From the NCBI GenBank assembly GCA_944336125.1, contig CALVLA010000001.1, forward strand, positions 32,414-96,413: a stretch of DNA of 64,000 nt. Direction: 5' to 3'. The notes below the pieces were generated by a model, which had not been told where the DNA came from, did no database searches, and saw nothing but the letters and a program-made list of their open reading frames with translations. Both the position numbers and the translations under genes were made by a program. This document shows, piece by piece, positions 49,398 to 64,000 of the stretch. How positions within the stretch are numbered: position 1 is the first letter of the stretch; each line of letters begins with the position of its first letter. This stretch comes from an uncultured Clostridia bacterium. Its GTDB lineage: Bacteria > Bacillota > Clostridia > Christensenellales > CAG-314.

Positions 49398-50606
49398 TTA
49401 TTTAAGAATTTTAGTAACAACGCCGGAACCGACTGTTCTGCCGCCTTCACGGATAGCGAAACGGAGACCTTCTTCGATAGCGATAGGAGTGATAAGTCTG
49501 ATAGTCAAGTGAGTGTTGTCACCAGGCATAACCATTTCAACGCCTTTTTCAAGTTCGATAGAGCCGGTAACGTCAGTTGTTCTGAAGTAGAACTGTGGAC
49601 GGTAACCGTTGAAGAATGGGCTGTGGCGGCCGCCTTCGTCCTTAGTCAAAACGTAAACCTGTGATTGGAATTCAGTGTGAGGGTTGATAGTACCAGGTTT
49701 AGCAAGAACCTGACCTCTTTGGATCTGGCTTCTTTCAACGCCACGGAGCAATGCGCCGATGTTGTCGCCTGCGTAAGCTTCGTCGAGGAGTTTACGGAAC
49801 ATTTCAACGCCTGTAACGACTGTTGATTTAGGTTTGTCTTGGAGACCAACGATTTCAACAGGGTCCTGAACTTTGACAGTACCTCTTTCAACACGGCCTG
49901 TAGCAACGGTACCACGACCGGTGATGGTGAAGACGTCTTCGACAGGCATAAGGAAAGGTTTGTCAGTAGCCCTTTCAGGAGTAGGGATGTAAGCGTCAAC
50001 TGCTTTCATGAGTTCTTTGATGCAGTCATATTCAGGGCTGTCGATAGGTTTACCTGCAACAGCGGCATCCAAAGCAACTTTAGCGGAACCTTTTATGATA
50101 GGGATAGTGTCGCCAGGGAATTCGTATTTGCTGAGCAAATCTCTGACTTCCATTTCAACGAGGTCGATAAGTTCAGGATCGTCAACGAGGTCAGTTTTGT
50201 TCATGAATACAACGATGTAAGGAACGCCTACCTGACGAGCGAGAAGGATGTGTTCACGAGTCTGAGGCATCGGACCGTCAGCAGCGGAAACAACGAGGAT
50301 AGCGCCGTCCATCTGAGCTGCGCCGGTGATCATGTTTTTAACGTAGTCAGCGTGGCCAGGGCAGTCAACGTGAGCGTAGTGACGAGCGTCTGTTTGATAT
50401 TCAACGTGAGCGGTATTGATTGTAATACCTCTTTCTCTTTCTTCAGGAGCTTTATCTATTTGGTCATAACGCATAGCTTCAGCTTTGCCTTGCAATGCCA
50501 TTACCATAGTGATAGCAGCTGTAAGAGTAGTTTTACCATGGTCAACGTGACCAATTGTACCGATATTGACGTGCGGTTTGCTTCTGTCAAATTTCGCTTT
50601 TGCCAT
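49398..50606 (-). CDS. tuf: Elongation factor Tu
   Basis: 402 aa. [33 protein letters not shown]... is a full-length EF-Tu. Confidence 0.98.
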   Translation of the reverse strand: MAKAKFDRSKPHVNIGTIGHVDHGKTTLTAAITMVMALQGKAEAMRYDQIDKAPEERERGITINTAHVEYQTDARHYAHVDCPGHADYVKNMITGAAQMDGAILVVSAADGPMPQTREHILLARQVGVPYIVVFMNKTDLVDDPELIDLVEMEVRDLLSKYEFPGDTIPIIKGSAKVALDAAVAGKPIDSPEYDCIKELMKAVDAYIPTPERATDKPFLMPVEDVFTITGRGTVATGRVERGTVKVQDPVEIVGLQDKPKSTVVTGVEMFRKLLDEAYAGDNIGALLRGVERSQIQRGQVLAKPGTINPHTEFQSQVYVLTKDEGGRHSPFFNGYRPQFYFRTTDVTGSIELEKGVEMVMPGDNTHLTIRLITPIAIEEGLRFAIREGGRTVGSGVVTKILK

Positions 50607-50682
50607 TTTTAATTCCTCCTAATCAATTTCAGATTAACCAGTATAGTGATTATACACTAAAAAATTCATTTTGGCTACAAAA

Positions 50683-52782
50683 TTACTTGTTTTCTTTGTT
50701 TCTTTCGCCGGAGACTTTTTCCATGATGCTCTTAGGAACTTCAGCATAGTGGCTGAACTGCATGGAGAAGTTACCACGACCCTGCGTTCTGCTTCTGAGG
50801 TCGGTTGCGTAACCGAACATTTCAGCAAGCGGGATAAAGGCATTAACAACCTGAACGCCGTTTCTGAGTTCGATGCCGTTGATGTTGCCGCGACGTGAGC
50901 TTACGTTGCCCATGATATCGCCGAGGTATTCTTCAGGCATAGTGATTTCGACCTTCATCATAGGTTCGAGCAAAACAGGATTTGCTTTTCTGACGCCTTC
51001 TTTGAAAGCGAGAGAACCTGCAATCTTAAATGCCATTTCGGACGAGTCGACTTCGTGGTAGCTACCGTCGTAAACGGTGACTTTGAAGTCAACAACTTCA
51101 TAGCCCGCGATAGGACCGTTGAGAGCGGCTTCCTTGATACCGTTGTTGATAGGCTGGATGTATTCCTTAGGGATGCTGCCGCCGACAGTCTCATCGACGA
51201 ATTCGTATCCTTTGCCCGGTTCAAGCGGTTCGAGGCGGATTTTACAATGACCGTACTGACCTTTACCACCCGACTGACGAGCGTATTTGCCTTCTGCTTC
51301 GACGGCTTTTCTGATAGTTTCACGGTAGGAAACCTGAGGTCTGCCGACGTTAGCTTCGACTTTAAATTCACGCAAAAGTCTGTCGACGATGATTTCGAGG
51401 TGAAGTTCGCCCATGCCGGCAATGATGGTTTGTCCTGTTTCGGCGTCGGTGTAAGTTTTGAATGTAGGGTCTTCTTCGGCGAGTTTAACGAGAGCCATGG
51501 TCATTTTTTCCTGACCTTGTTTAGTTTTAGGTTCGATAGCGACCTTGATAACAGGTTCAGGGAATACCATGTTTTCGAGGCAGACAGGATGATCCAAATC
51601 GCACAGGGTATCGCCGGTTGTAGTATCTTTAAGACCTACGAGAGCGACGATTTCGCCGGCGTAAGTTTCAGGAATTTCCTCCCTTTGGTTGGAGTGCATC
51701 TGAAGAATACGCGTAATCCTTTCTTTTTTGTTTTTAGTGCTGTTGAGAACGTAGCTACCCGACTGCATAGTACCGCTGTAAACGCGGAAGTAAGCGAGTT
51801 TGCCTACGAACGGGTCAGCGACGATTTTGAACGCCAAACCGCAGAGAGGTTCGTCGTCGTTAGTGTGTCTTTCGATTTTTTTGTCTTCGTCTTTAGGGTC
51901 AAAGCCGATAACGTGGTCGACGTCAACCGGTGAAGGGAGATAGTCGGTTACCGCGTCGAGGAGCTTCTGAACGCCCTTGTTTTTGTAAGAAGAACCGCAA
52001 AGAACAGGGTTAAGTTCCATCGCGAGAACGGCGGAACGGATACCCGCTTTGATTTCTTCTTCGGAAAATTCTTCGCCGTTGAAGAATTTTTCCATAAGCA
52101 CTTCGTCTCTGCCTGCAAGGAACTCGATGAGTTCGTTGCGGCATTGCTGAGCGTATTCGAGCATATCGGCAGGGATTTCGCCTTCGTCGATTTTGCTGCC
52201 GGTAGGGTCGTTGTAGAAATACGCTTTCATTTTAACGAGGTCAACGAGGCCTTTGAAAGTTTCTTCCTTGCCGATAGGCAATTGAATAGGCATCGCATTG
52301 GTTTTGAGCCTTTCCCTCATCATCTGAACGACGTTTTCGAAGTTAGCGCCGTTGATATCCATTTTGTTGACGTAAGCGATACGAGGAACTTTGTATTTAG
52401 TCGCTTGGTGCCAAACGGTTTCGCTTTGCGGTTCAACGCCGCCTTTTGCGCAGAAAACCGCTACAGCGCCGTCGAGGACGCGGAGCGACCTTTCAACTTC
52501 TACGGTAAAGTCAACGTGCCCCGGAGTATCGATAAGGTTTATACGATAATCCTTGCCGTTGTTGTGCCAGTTAACGGTAGTAGCGGCGGAAGCGATGGTG
52601 ATACCCCTTTCCTGTTCCTGAACCATTGAGTCCATGACGGCAGAGCCTTCGTGAACCTCACCGAGTTTTCTGGTTTTACCGGAGAAGAACAAAATTCTTT
52701 CGCTGGTGGTTGTTTTACCGGCGTCGATGTGAGCCATGATACCGATATTACGTACGTCTTCGAGTTTGTATTTTCTAGGCAT
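50683..52782 (-). CDS. fusA: Elongation factor G
   Basis: 699 aa with [18 protein letters not shown] and NKMD blocks and domains IV/V. Confidence 0.98.
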   Translation of the reverse strand: MPRKYKLEDVRNIGIMAHIDAGKTTTSERILFFSGKTRKLGEVHEGSAVMDSMVQEQERGITIASAATTVNWHNNGKDYRINLIDTPGHVDFTVEVERSLRVLDGAVAVFCAKGGVEPQSETVWHQATKYKVPRIAYVNKMDINGANFENVVQMMRERLKTNAMPIQLPIGKEETFKGLVDLVKMKAYFYNDPTGSKIDEGEIPADMLEYAQQCRNELIEFLAGRDEVLMEKFFNGEEFSEEEIKAGIRSAVLAMELNPVLCGSSYKNKGVQKLLDAVTDYLPSPVDVDHVIGFDPKDEDKKIERHTNDDEPLCGLAFKIVADPFVGKLAYFRVYSGTMQSGSYVLNSTKNKKERITRILQMHSNQREEIPETYAGEIVALVGLKDTTTGDTLCDLDHPVCLENMVFPEPVIKVAIEPKTKQGQEKMTMALVKLAEEDPTFKTYTDAETGQTIIAGMGELHLEIIVDRLLREFKVEANVGRPQVSYRETIRKAVEAEGKYARQSGGKGQYGHCKIRLEPLEPGKGYEFVDETVGGSIPKEYIQPINNGIKEAALNGPIAGYEVVDFKVTVYDGSYHEVDSSEMAFKIAGSLAFKEGVRKANPVLLEPMMKVEITMPEEYLGDIMGNVSSRRGNINGIELRNGVQVVNAFIPLAEMFGYATDLRSRTQGRGNFSMQFSHYAEVPKSIMEKVSGERNKENK

Positions 52783-52797
52783 AGTAAACTCCCTTTA

Positions 52798-53286
<489 letters not shown>

Positions 53287-53399
53287 TTAAATAAACTTTT
53301 GACGGCTAACTCGATGGGAAAAAATCCCAGAGAACCTTCTGCAATTAAGCATACTGCAATCAATCGGTTTAAAACATCCGACTTAATTGAAATAAATTC

Positions 53400-53771
53400 T
53401 TATTTGCCGCGTTTAGCGCCGTACTTAGACCTAGCCTGTTTTCTGTTAGCAACGCCCGCGCTGTCGAGAGTGCCTCTGATGATGTGATAACGCACACCTG
53501 GCAAGTCTTTAACCCTGCCGCCTCTGATAAGGACAACGCTGTGTTCCTGCAAGTTGTGACCTTCGCCCGGGATGTAGCAAGTACCCTCCATACCGTTGGT
53601 ACGACGTACTCTCGCGATTTTTCTCAAAGCCGAGTTAGGTTTTTTAGGAGAAGTGGTAGTAACGTTCAAGCAAACGCCTCTTCTTTGCGGACAGTTGTCG
53701 AGAAGCGGAGTTTTGGATTTGAAAGTTTCCTTTTCCCTGCCTTGCCTGATAAGTTGGTTAATGGTTGGCAT
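53400..53771 (-). CDS. rpsL: 30S ribosomal protein S12
   Basis: 123 aa. [12 protein letters not shown]...[13 protein letters not shown]...VRYHIIRG matches S12. Confidence 0.97.
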   Translation of the reverse strand: MPTINQLIRQGREKETFKSKTPLLDNCPQRRGVCLNVTTTSPKKPNSALRKIARVRRTNGMEGTCYIPGEGHNLQEHSVVLIRGGRVKDLPGVRYHIIRGTLDSAGVANRKQARSKYGAKRGK

Positions 53772-53847
53772 TAAGATTACCTCCTTTCAATATTGTCGGA
53801 TGCCTATTTTTAAGGCGAATTTATTGAAACGCAAACAAGTTGCGAAA

Positions 53848-54102
53848 TCAATCTTTTAAAATGCCGATAACGGCGCAAAGCACGTCAATTCCCACGAGCG
53901 AGGCAAATTCCGCGCGGGAGCCGCACACAACGAGCGGCACGCCGGCGCTATTAGCCATATCGGAGACCTGACGTGAAAACGAATGCTGGCAGTCGGCGGC
54001 GAGATAAATTTTGGAAATTTTGTTTTCCCTTATATATCTGTTCACCTGCCTGACGCCTGCGACGAATTTGCGCGCCTTCAAATCGGCAGTCAAATTTTTC
54101 AT
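53848..54102 (-). CDS. Ribosome-associated L7Ae-family protein (YbxF/RplGB-like)
   Basis: 84 aa L7Ae/L30e fold (VAGVRQVNRYI...IYLAADC...GVPLV). It sits between rpoC and rpsL, as ybxF does in Bacillus. Confidence 0.8.
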   Translation of the reverse strand: MKNLTADLKARKFVAGVRQVNRYIRENKISKIYLAADCQHSFSRQVSDMANSAGVPLVVCGSRAEFASLVGIDVLCAVIGILKD

Positions 54103-54156
54103 GACAGTTTATTTTAGCAAAAAAAGATATGTTCTGTCAAACGAAACGGAGCAAGG

Positions 54157-57717
<3,561 letters not shown>

Positions 57718-57731
57718 TCCTAATCTCCTCC

Positions 57732-60700
57732 TTATTCTTCATCGTCGTCGCTGTCAAAAAGCGAATCGAGAGCAAAACCGTCCTCAAAGTCGCCTGAATC
57801 GTCGCCGTCAAAGCTGAAATCGTCTTCAACGACGCCTGCGCCGATTTCTTCGTCAAACGTAAGTTCGACTTCTTTGCGGTCGTCGGTGGATTTGATAGCC
57901 GCTTCGAGCATATCCTGCTCGTCGTCAATCATTTCGCCGATAGCCACTTCTTCCTTGTCCTCGCTCAAAACTTTTACGTCAAGCGCAAGGCTTTGCAATT
58001 CTTTGATAAGCACCTTAAATGCCTCAGGAATACCAGGGTCTGCGATGTTTTCGCCTTTAACGATGCTTTCGTATGTTTTTACACGGCCCACGACGTCGTC
58101 CGACTTGACTGTCAGGATTTCCTGCAAAATGTTGGTTGCGCCGTAAGCTTCCAGCGCCCAAACTTCCATTTCACCAAACCTCTGACCGCCGAACTGAGCT
58201 TTACCGCCGAGAGGCTGCTGAGTAACAAGGCTGTAAGGTCCGATACTTCTTGCGTGGATTTTATCGTCGACGAGGTGGACGAGTTTGAGCATGTACATGT
58301 AACCGACGGTAACGCGGTTTTCAAACGGCTGACCAGTTCTGCCGTCGTACAAAGTAACTTTGCCGTCGACGTTGCCCGTTTCAGGGTTGGTCATGCAGTT
58401 TTGCTTGAAGAGTTCCTTAATGTCGTTTTCGGTCGCGCCGTCAAAGACAGGTGTCGAAACTTTCCAGTCAAGCATTTTAGCCACGAGACCCAAGTGAACT
58501 TCGAGCACCTGACCGATATTCATACGGCTAGGAACGCCCAACGGGTTGAGGACGATTTGAAGCGGAGTACCGTCTTCCATAAACGGCATGTCTGCTTCAG
58601 GGAGAACTCTCGAAATAACGCCTTTGTTACCGTGACGTCCCGCCATTTTGTCGCCGACGGAGATTTTTCTCTTCTGAGCGATGTAAACGCGAACGAGTTT
58701 GTTGATACCCGGGTCGAGTTCGTCCTTGTTTTCCCTTGTGAATATTTTTACGTCAACTACGATACCGTCGCCGCCGTTAGGAACGCGAAGCGAAGTATCT
58801 CTGACTTCTCTTGCTTTTTCGTTGAAGATAGCTCTCAAAAGCCTTTCTTCGCTGGTAAGCTCTGTTTCTCCCTTTGGAGTAACTTTACCGACGAGGATGT
58901 CCCCCGCTCTTACTTCCGCGCCGATACGGATGATACCTTCGTCGTCGAGGTCTTTCAAAGCGTCTTCGCCGACGTTAGGGATGTCACGCGTGATTTCTTC
59001 GGCGCCGAGTTTTGTGTCACGTGTTTCGGTTTCGTGTTCTTCGATGTGGATTGAAGTGAACACGTCTTCCTTAACGAGTTTTTCACTGATAAGGATAGCG
59101 TCCTCGTAGTTGTAACCTTCCCACGACATAAAGCCGATGAGAATGTTTCTGCCGAGAGCGAGTTCGCCGCCTTCGGTCGAGTGTCCGTCAGCGAGGGTGT
59201 CGCCTTTGAGGACTACGTCGCCCACATTGACGATAGGTTTCTGGTTGATGCAGGTACCTTGGTTGCTGCGGACGAATTTTTTAAGACGGTATTCGTGAAT
59301 TTCGTTGTTTTCGTCTTTGACGCAGATGACGTCTGCGGTAGAACGGGTAACAACGCCGTCGCAGTCGGCGATAATCATTACGCCGCTGTCGCGAGCGATG
59401 CGGTATTCTGTACCGGTAGCCACGATAGGAGCTTCGGTTTTAAGAAGCGGAACTGCCTGACGTTGCATGTTGGAACCCATGAGGGCACGGTTGGTATCGT
59501 CGTTTTCCAAAAACGGAATAAGGCTGGTAGCCACCGAAATAAGCTGTTTAGGGCTTACGTCCATGTAATCGACGACTTCGGCAGGGAATTCTGCGATTTC
59601 TTCTCTGTGACGGCAGTTAACACGCTCGTTGAGGAAGAATCCTTTTTCGTCAAGCGGTTCGTTTGCCTGAGCCACGATGTAATTATCTTCTTCGTCGGCG
59701 GTGAGGTAATCGATGTGGTCGGTAACGAATTTGTTTACCTTGTCGACTTTTCTGTAAGGCGACTCGATGAAACCGTATTCGTTGATACGAGCGTAAGTCG
59801 CGAGTGACGAAATCAAACCGATGTTCTGACCTTCAGGCGTTTCGATAGGACACATACGGCCATAGTGCGAGTGGTGAACGTCGCGGACGTCGAATGTTGC
59901 CCTGTCTCTGTTGAGACCGCCGGGGCCCAATGCGGAAAGTTTTCTCTTGTGAGTAAGTTCGGCAATCGGGTTTGACTGGTCCATAAACTGCGAAAGCTGT
60001 GATGAGCCGAAAAACTCTTTGATTGCGCTTGTTACAGGTCTTACGTTGATGAGCGACTGCGGAGTAGCCTTGTCGATTTCCTGAATAGCCATTCTTTCCT
60101 TGATGACTCTTTCAAGACGGCTGATACCCACGCGGAACTGGTTTTGAAGAAGTTCGCCTACGCTTCTTACCCTTCTGTTGCCGAGGTGGTCGATGTTATC
60201 GACGGAACCGAGTCCGAATTTGAGGTCAAGGTTGTAGCTTACGGTCGCGATGATGTCTTCTTTTGTGATATGTTTAGGAACAAGCTTGTCGGCGTTTTCT
60301 TTGATTGCGTCGTAAACAGACTGCTTGTCCGTATTGCTTTCAAGGATGTTTTTAAGTACCGAAAGGTTTGCGAATTCGTTTATGCCGAGTTCTTTAGGAT
60401 TTACGTCGGCAAAATCCGCGGAAACCTTGTTGAGGTAATATTTGAGGTCAACGACGTTGTTGCCGATTACTTTAACTTTAGCGTTCTTTGAATTAACAAA
60501 AACGATATTTACGCCGGAATGTTGAATTTCGTATGCTTTTTCGGCGGAAATTTCATCCCCTGCTTTTGCGATTACGTTACCGAAAGCAACCACGTCTTCG
60601 GCAAGAACGTGACCTTTAATTCTGTTGGCAAGCGAAAGCTTTTTGTTGAATTTGTATCTGCCCACTCTCGCAAGGTCATACCTTCTAGGGTCAAACAGCA

Positions 60701-61478
60701 AATCGTTGAGCTGCTTTTTGATTGATTCGTCGGTAGGAACTTCACCAGGACGGAGTCTCTTGTAAAGCTCGATAAGACCTTCCCTTTCGTTTTTGGTGAT
60801 GTCCTTGTCGATGGTTTTTTCAAGAGTTTCGTCATGACCGAACATAGCGAAAATTTCGTCGTCGGAGCCGAGACCGATTGAACGCAACAAAACGGTGGAC
60901 GGAAGTTTTCTGTTTCTGTCCACGTGAACCCAAAGCACGCCGTTTGAGTCAGTTACAAATTCAAGCCAAGCGCCGCGGTTAGGAATAACCGTGGTGTCGA
61001 ACATTTCTTTGCTGTCAAATTTATCTTTGTTTTTAGCGGCATAAACACCGGGAGACCTGACGAGCTGGCTGACGATAACACGTTCGGCGCCGTTGATGAT
61101 GAAGGAGCCGTTTGCCGTCATGAGCGGAAAATCGCCCATAAAGACTTCCTGATCCTGAATTTCACCGGTGTCTTTGCGAAGGAGTCTTACTTTAATTTTG
61201 AGAGGGCTGGCGAAAGTAGCGTCCCTTTCTCTGCACTCAGCCTCGGAATATTTGGATTTGCGGTCGAGAGTATGTTCGAGGAAATAAAGCTCGAAGTGTC
61301 CGCTGTAATCCTGAATAGGAGAAAAATCTTTAAAAACTTCGGCAATACCTTCGTTGATGAAAGCGTCGTAAGAGTTTTTCTGCACTTCGATAAGGTTAGG
61401 GATGTCAAGGACGTCCTTAATGCGCGAGAAACTCATTCTTTCGCGTTTGCCGAATTTAACTGGATGAATGTTAGCCAT
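57732..61478 (-). CDS. rpoB: DNA-directed RNA polymerase subunit beta
   Basis: 1248 aa with the rifampicin-region blocks [14 protein letters not shown] and [13 protein letters not shown], and an acidic C-terminal tail. Confidence 0.98.
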   Translation of the reverse strand: MANIHPVKFGKRERMSFSRIKDVLDIPNLIEVQKNSYDAFINEGIAEVFKDFSPIQDYSGHFELYFLEHTLDRKSKYSEAECRERDATFASPLKIKVRLLRKDTGEIQDQEVFMGDFPLMTANGSFIINGAERVIVSQLVRSPGVYAAKNKDKFDSKEMFDTTVIPNRGAWLEFVTDSNGVLWVHVDRNRKLPSTVLLRSIGLGSDDEIFAMFGHDETLEKTIDKDITKNEREGLIELYKRLRPGEVPTDESIKKQLNDLLFDPRRYDLARVGRYKFNKKLSLANRIKGHVLAEDVVAFGNVIAKAGDEISAEKAYEIQHSGVNIVFVNSKNAKVKVIGNNVVDLKYYLNKVSADFADVNPKELGINEFANLSVLKNILESNTDKQSVYDAIKENADKLVPKHITKEDIIATVSYNLDLKFGLGSVDNIDHLGNRRVRSVGELLQNQFRVGISRLERVIKERMAIQEIDKATPQSLINVRPVTSAIKEFFGSSQLSQFMDQSNPIAELTHKRKLSALGPGGLNRDRATFDVRDVHHSHYGRMCPIETPEGQNIGLISSLATYARINEYGFIESPYRKVDKVNKFVTDHIDYLTADEEDNYIVAQANEPLDEKGFFLNERVNCRHREEIAEFPAEVVDYMDVSPKQLISVATSLIPFLENDDTNRALMGSNMQRQAVPLLKTEAPIVATGTEYRIARDSGVMIIADCDGVVTRSTADVICVKDENNEIHEYRLKKFVRSNQGTCINQKPIVNVGDVVLKGDTLADGHSTEGGELALGRNILIGFMSWEGYNYEDAILISEKLVKEDVFTSIHIEEHETETRDTKLGAEEITRDIPNVGEDALKDLDDEGIIRIGAEVRAGDILVGKVTPKGETELTSEERLLRAIFNEKAREVRDTSLRVPNGGDGIVVDVKIFTRENKDELDPGINKLVRVYIAQKRKISVGDKMAGRHGNKGVISRVLPEADMPFMEDGTPLQIVLNPLGVPSRMNIGQVLEVHLGLVAKMLDWKVSTPVFDGATENDIKELFKQNCMTNPETGNVDGKVTLYDGRTGQPFENRVTVGYMYMLKLVHLVDDKIHARSIGPYSLVTQQPLGGKAQFGGQRFGEMEVWALEAYGATNILQEILTVKSDDVVGRVKTYESIVKGENIADPGIPEAFKVLIKELQSLALDVKVLSEDKEEVAIGEMIDDEQDMLEAAIKSTDDRKEVELTFDEEIGAGVVEDDFSFDGDDSGDFEDGFALDSLFDSDDDEE

Positions 61479-61610
61479 CTACACCACTCCTTAAAAGATA
61501 AATTTCACAATCGCGGGGCGGAAAAAGCGAGGAAAAATCGGAAAAAAACCGTTGATTTTTAGCCAAAAACAAAAAAGTACACTTTGCCACACGATAATTA
61601 TGCATTTGAT

Positions 61611-61639
61611 ATCATACCACAGGGCAAGTCAACAGTCAA
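61611..61639 (-). promoter_or_regulatory. Sigma-A-type promoter of rpoBC
   Basis: On the minus strand, TTGACT (61639-61634), a 17-nt spacer, TATGAT (61616-61611) with TG at the extended -10 position. This leaves a leader of about 125 nt. Confidence 0.5.
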
Positions 61640-61688
61640 ACGAAAAAACAAAAAAAGAACGAATATTTTTTAATAAGGCGAAGGCTTG

Positions 61689-61717
61689 TTGAAAGGACAA
61701 ATAAAATATGTTATATT
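61689..61717 (+). promoter_or_regulatory. Sigma-A-type promoter of the S4-protein/ispDF unit
   Basis: TTGAAA (61689-61694), a 17-nt spacer, TATATT (61712-61717) preceded by TG. Confidence 0.45.
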
Positions 61718-61738
61718 AAGTAAGCAAAAGAGGTAAAT

Positions 61739-61984
61739 ATGAGACTTGACAAATTTTTGAAAGTATCGCGCATTTTAAAAAGGAGAACGGTAGCCAACGA
61801 AGCATGCACCAACGGCAGAGTTACGGTAAACGGCAGAGTGGCAAAACCTTCGGTACAGCTGAAAAGCGGCGACGTAGTTGAAATAGCATTCGGAAGCGGC
61901 GCGCTGACCTTCGAAGTGCTTGAACTCAACGAAAGCTCGAAAAAAGCCGACGCTGACAAGATGTACAGGATTATCGGAGAATAA
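61739..61984 (+). CDS. S4-domain RNA-binding protein (Hsp15/RqcP-YabO-like)
   Basis: 81 aa. MRLDKFLKVSRILKRRTVANEACTNGRVTVNGRVAKPS is a stand-alone S4 domain. Confidence 0.8.
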   Translation: MRLDKFLKVSRILKRRTVANEACTNGRVTVNGRVAKPSVQLKSGDVVEIAFGSGALTFEVLELNESSKKADADKMYRIIGE

Positions 61985-61985
61985 T

Positions 61986-63086
61986 ATGAAAAAAGGAAAG
62001 AGAACGGCGGTTATAGTGGCCGGCGGAGAAAGCACTCGTTTCGAAAAAAACAAACTGTTTGCCTCCCTTTACGGAAAAACGGTGATAGAAGTCACCGTGG
62101 GAGCCTTTGAGGGAATAGCCGACGAAATCATTTTGGTGTCAAACGAAAAAGACCTTGACAGAATGAAACTGCTTTTCAAAGACAAAGTCACTTTTGTCGA
62201 AGGCGGACACACCAGGACACTTTCGGTAATCAACGGGCTCAACAAAGCTGCTGACGAAGGCACGGTAGCGATACACGACGGAGCCCGCCCCTTTGTTTCC
62301 AGAAAACTCGTGGAAGAGTGTTTTAAAAACGCCGAGGAAAAAGGTTCGGCAATCCCCGTAACAAACGCCGTTGACACAGTTTATCTCAGCACGGCGGAAG
62401 GCATAAAGTTTTTTGACAGAAACAACGTCTGCTGTGTGCAGACTCCGCAGGTTTTTGAAACGGTAAAAATCAAACAGGCTTATAGCCAGCGCGACCAGCA
62501 TAAAGCCTATTCCGACGACTCGCAGGTTTATCTTGAAAAATTCGGAAAAATCGAGTTTGTACAAGGCGAAAGGACAAACAAAAAAATCACCTTCCCTTCC
62601 GACCTTTACGGCGAAAGCATAGGCAGCGGATTCGACGCCCACAGGCTTGTCGAAAACAGAAAGCTCATTTTGTGCGGAGTTGAAATTCCTTTTGAAAAAG
62701 GACTTTTGGGACACAGTGACGCAGACGCCGCAACTCACGCGATAATGGACGCCGTACTTTCGTCGATAGGCGAAAAAGACATCGGACAACAGTTTCCCGA
62801 CAGCGACCCTCAGTATAAAGACGCTTGCAGTATTTACCTACTAAAAAAGGTTGCGGAAAAAGTAAAAGCCAAAAATGCCGCAGTTCAAAGCATAAGCTGC
62901 ACGGTTATCGCTCAAAGCCCAAAACTGTCGCCTTATGTTTCGCAAATGGAAAAAACCATAGCGGACGCTCTCGGCATTTCCCCTTCACGCGTCAGCGTCA
63001 ACGCCACTACTACCGAAAACCTCGGCATTACTGCCCAAGGAAAAGGTATAGCGGCACAGGCAGTTTGTTTGACAACGTTAAATTAA
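61986..63086 (+). CDS. ispDF: Bifunctional 2-C-methyl-D-erythritol 4-phosphate cytidylyltransferase / 2,4-cyclodiphosphate synthase
   Basis: The ATG at 61986 follows GGAG, 1 nt after the S4-gene stop. IspD block AVIVAGGESTRF. IspF blocks GSGFDAHRL and GHSDADAATHA. Confidence 0.9.
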   Translation: MKKGKRTAVIVAGGESTRFEKNKLFASLYGKTVIEVTVGAFEGIADEIILVSNEKDLDRMKLLFKDKVTFVEGGHTRTLSVINGLNKAADEGTVAIHDGARPFVSRKLVEECFKNAEEKGSAIPVTNAVDTVYLSTAEGIKFFDRNNVCCVQTPQVFETVKIKQAYSQRDQHKAYSDDSQVYLEKFGKIEFVQGERTNKKITFPSDLYGESIGSGFDAHRLVENRKLILCGVEIPFEKGLLGHSDADAATHAIMDAVLSSIGEKDIGQQFPDSDPQYKDACSIYLLKKVAEKVKAKNAAVQSISCTVIAQSPKLSPYVSQMEKTIADALGISPSRVSVNATTTENLGITAQGKGIAAQAVCLTTLN

Positions 63087-63116
63087 ATCACGCCGCAAAA
63101 TTTTCGTAAATTTAAA

Positions 63117-63146
63117 AACAAAAAAGGAGGCAAAAGCCTCCTTTTA
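63117..63146. terminator. Bidirectional terminator between ispDF and the small membrane gene
   Basis: Stem GGAGGC(63126-63131)/GCCTCC(63136-63141) with A and T runs. Confidence 0.75.
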
Positions 63147-63455
63147 TTCTTCATCGTTTTGTTCCGTTTCTTCCCCGTCCATGGTGAAAGTATGTCTTTC
63201 TTCCTCTTCGTCAGGGTTATAGCCGACGTGTTCTTCGGCTTCTTCCTTAGCAGAAGCATCTTCTTCAACTTCTTCCGCGGCAGAAGTTTTCTTTTTGTCC
63301 TTGTCAAAAACAAGCAAAACCACAATGCAGACGATATCAGCAACGGTAACGCCTATCGTAACGCCTTGTCCGAGGTTTGCAAAAAAGGTAACTATCATAA
63401 AAACGGTAAGACCGCAAATGACGCCCAAAAGGGAAGTCGACAACCACTTTGGCAT
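63144..63455 (-). CDS. Small membrane protein with a highly acidic C-terminal tail (hypothetical)
   Basis: ATG at 63455 (AAGGAG 8 nt upstream), 2 nt after the recR stop. Two hydrophobic helices, then KKKTSAAEEVEEDASAKEEAEEH...DEEEERHTFTMDGEETEQNDEE. Confidence 0.55.
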   Translation of the reverse strand: MPKWLSTSLLGVICGLTVFMIVTFFANLGQGVTIGVTVADIVCIVVLLVFDKDKKKTSAAEEVEEDASAKEEAEEHVGYNPDEEEERHTFTMDGEETEQNDEE

Positions 63456-63457
63456 AA

Positions 63458-64000
63458 TCACAACTCCTTTCTGTCTTCAATGGCTCTGCTCAGGGTAACT
63501 TCGTCGGCATATTCCAAATCGCTGCCTATCGAAATACCCTGCGCTATTCTGCTGACTTTCACTCCCAAAGGTTTAAGCATTTTCGCGATGTAAACGGCAG
63601 TCGCTTCCCCTTCCACGTCGGGGTTTGTCGCAACAATGACTTCCCTGACGTTGTCGTCGTTTACGCGCTTTACAAGTTCTTTAAGTCTTATGTCGTTAGG
63701 GCCGACGCCTTCCATAGGATTAAGCACTCCGTGCAAAACGTGGTAAACGCCTTTGAAATCCCTGACTTTTTCGATAGCCAACACGTCTTTCGCGTCTTTC
63801 ACCACGCAAATGAGACTCCTGTCCCTTGTCGAGCATATTCTGCAAGGGTCGGTATCGGTAAAGTTTCCGCAAACGCTGCAATACTTAACCTTGCGTTTGA
63901 CGTCCAAAAGACACTCGGCAAAGTCCCTCACTTCTGACTCCGACATGTTTACCACTTTCAGTGCATAACGCTGCGCCGTTTTTTGGCCTACACCTGGAAG
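63458..64000 (-). CDS. recR: Recombination protein RecR (N-terminus beyond the right edge)
   Basis: The frame is open to nt 64000 (...[24 protein letters not shown]...). It shows the HhH, the Cys4 zinc finger [16 protein letters not shown], and Toprim blocks ([28 protein letters not shown]). Confidence 0.9.
   Translation of the reverse strand, partial: LPGVGQKTAQRYALKVVNMSESEVRDFAECLLDVKRKVKYCSVCGNFTDTDPCRICSTRDRSLICVVKDAKDVLAIEKVRDFKGVYHVLHGVLNPMEGVGPNDIRLKELVKRVNDDNVREVIVATNPDVEGEATAVYIAKMLKPLGVKVSRIAQGISIGSDLEYADEVTLSRAIEDRKEL

Overview
This is a 64-kb core-chromosome segment of a Firmicutes-type, probably spore-forming Clostridia-class bacterium. Supporting markers are spoVG, whiA-crh, a ybxF-type L7Ae gene between rpoC and rpsL, and a BclA-style collagen-like protein. 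All homology calls come from motif recognition by eye; no database search was possible.

I count about 58 protein genes, 47 on the minus strand. I found no rRNA, tRNA, CRISPR array, transposase or integrase. Two genes are open at the window edges and missing from the ORF track: the dnaE 5' part (1-576) and recR (63458-64000).

Housekeeping backbone:
- dnaE-crh-whiA-PHP-murB-(SBP-like)-hprK-uvrC
- trpS
- aminotransferase-prfA-(DUF1385::prmC fusion)-rpmE
- murC / spoVG, asnA, typA, gdhA
- tuf-fusA-rpsG-rpsL-L7Ae-rpoC-rpoB
- S4 protein-ispDF, recR

Items worth a second look:
1. An FMN riboswitch drives an ECF riboflavin-type S component whose 3' end overlaps a PdxK-family kinase. It lies back-to-back with a candidate NiCo (czcD-motif) riboswitch plus a palindromic operator in front of a CDF metal exporter.
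2. A collagen-like (GXT repeat) protein has a cystine-rich N-terminus and a sigma-K-like promoter, and is flanked by a GT2-TPR glycosyltransferase and an SDR epimerase.
3. Two further cysteine-string proteins occur. One is a J-domain-like protein chained to trpS through a DUF5685-like gene. The other is a small membrane peptide divergent from an ArsR regulator.
4. An extracytoplasmic thiol-redox island holds a membrane-anchored CSYC thioredoxin, CcdA, and a highly codon-optimised lipoprotein with two degenerate thioredoxin-like modules. The two transcription units are separated by a 21-bp-periodic GTCAAATT repeat array.
5. DUF1385 and PrmC are fused in frame.
6. A second ECF S component is translationally coupled to an NRK/uridine-kinase-like gene.
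7. A 780-aa coiled-coil protein sits behind a degenerate PlsC-like acyltransferase.

Nothing here looks like a classical defence island or mobile element.
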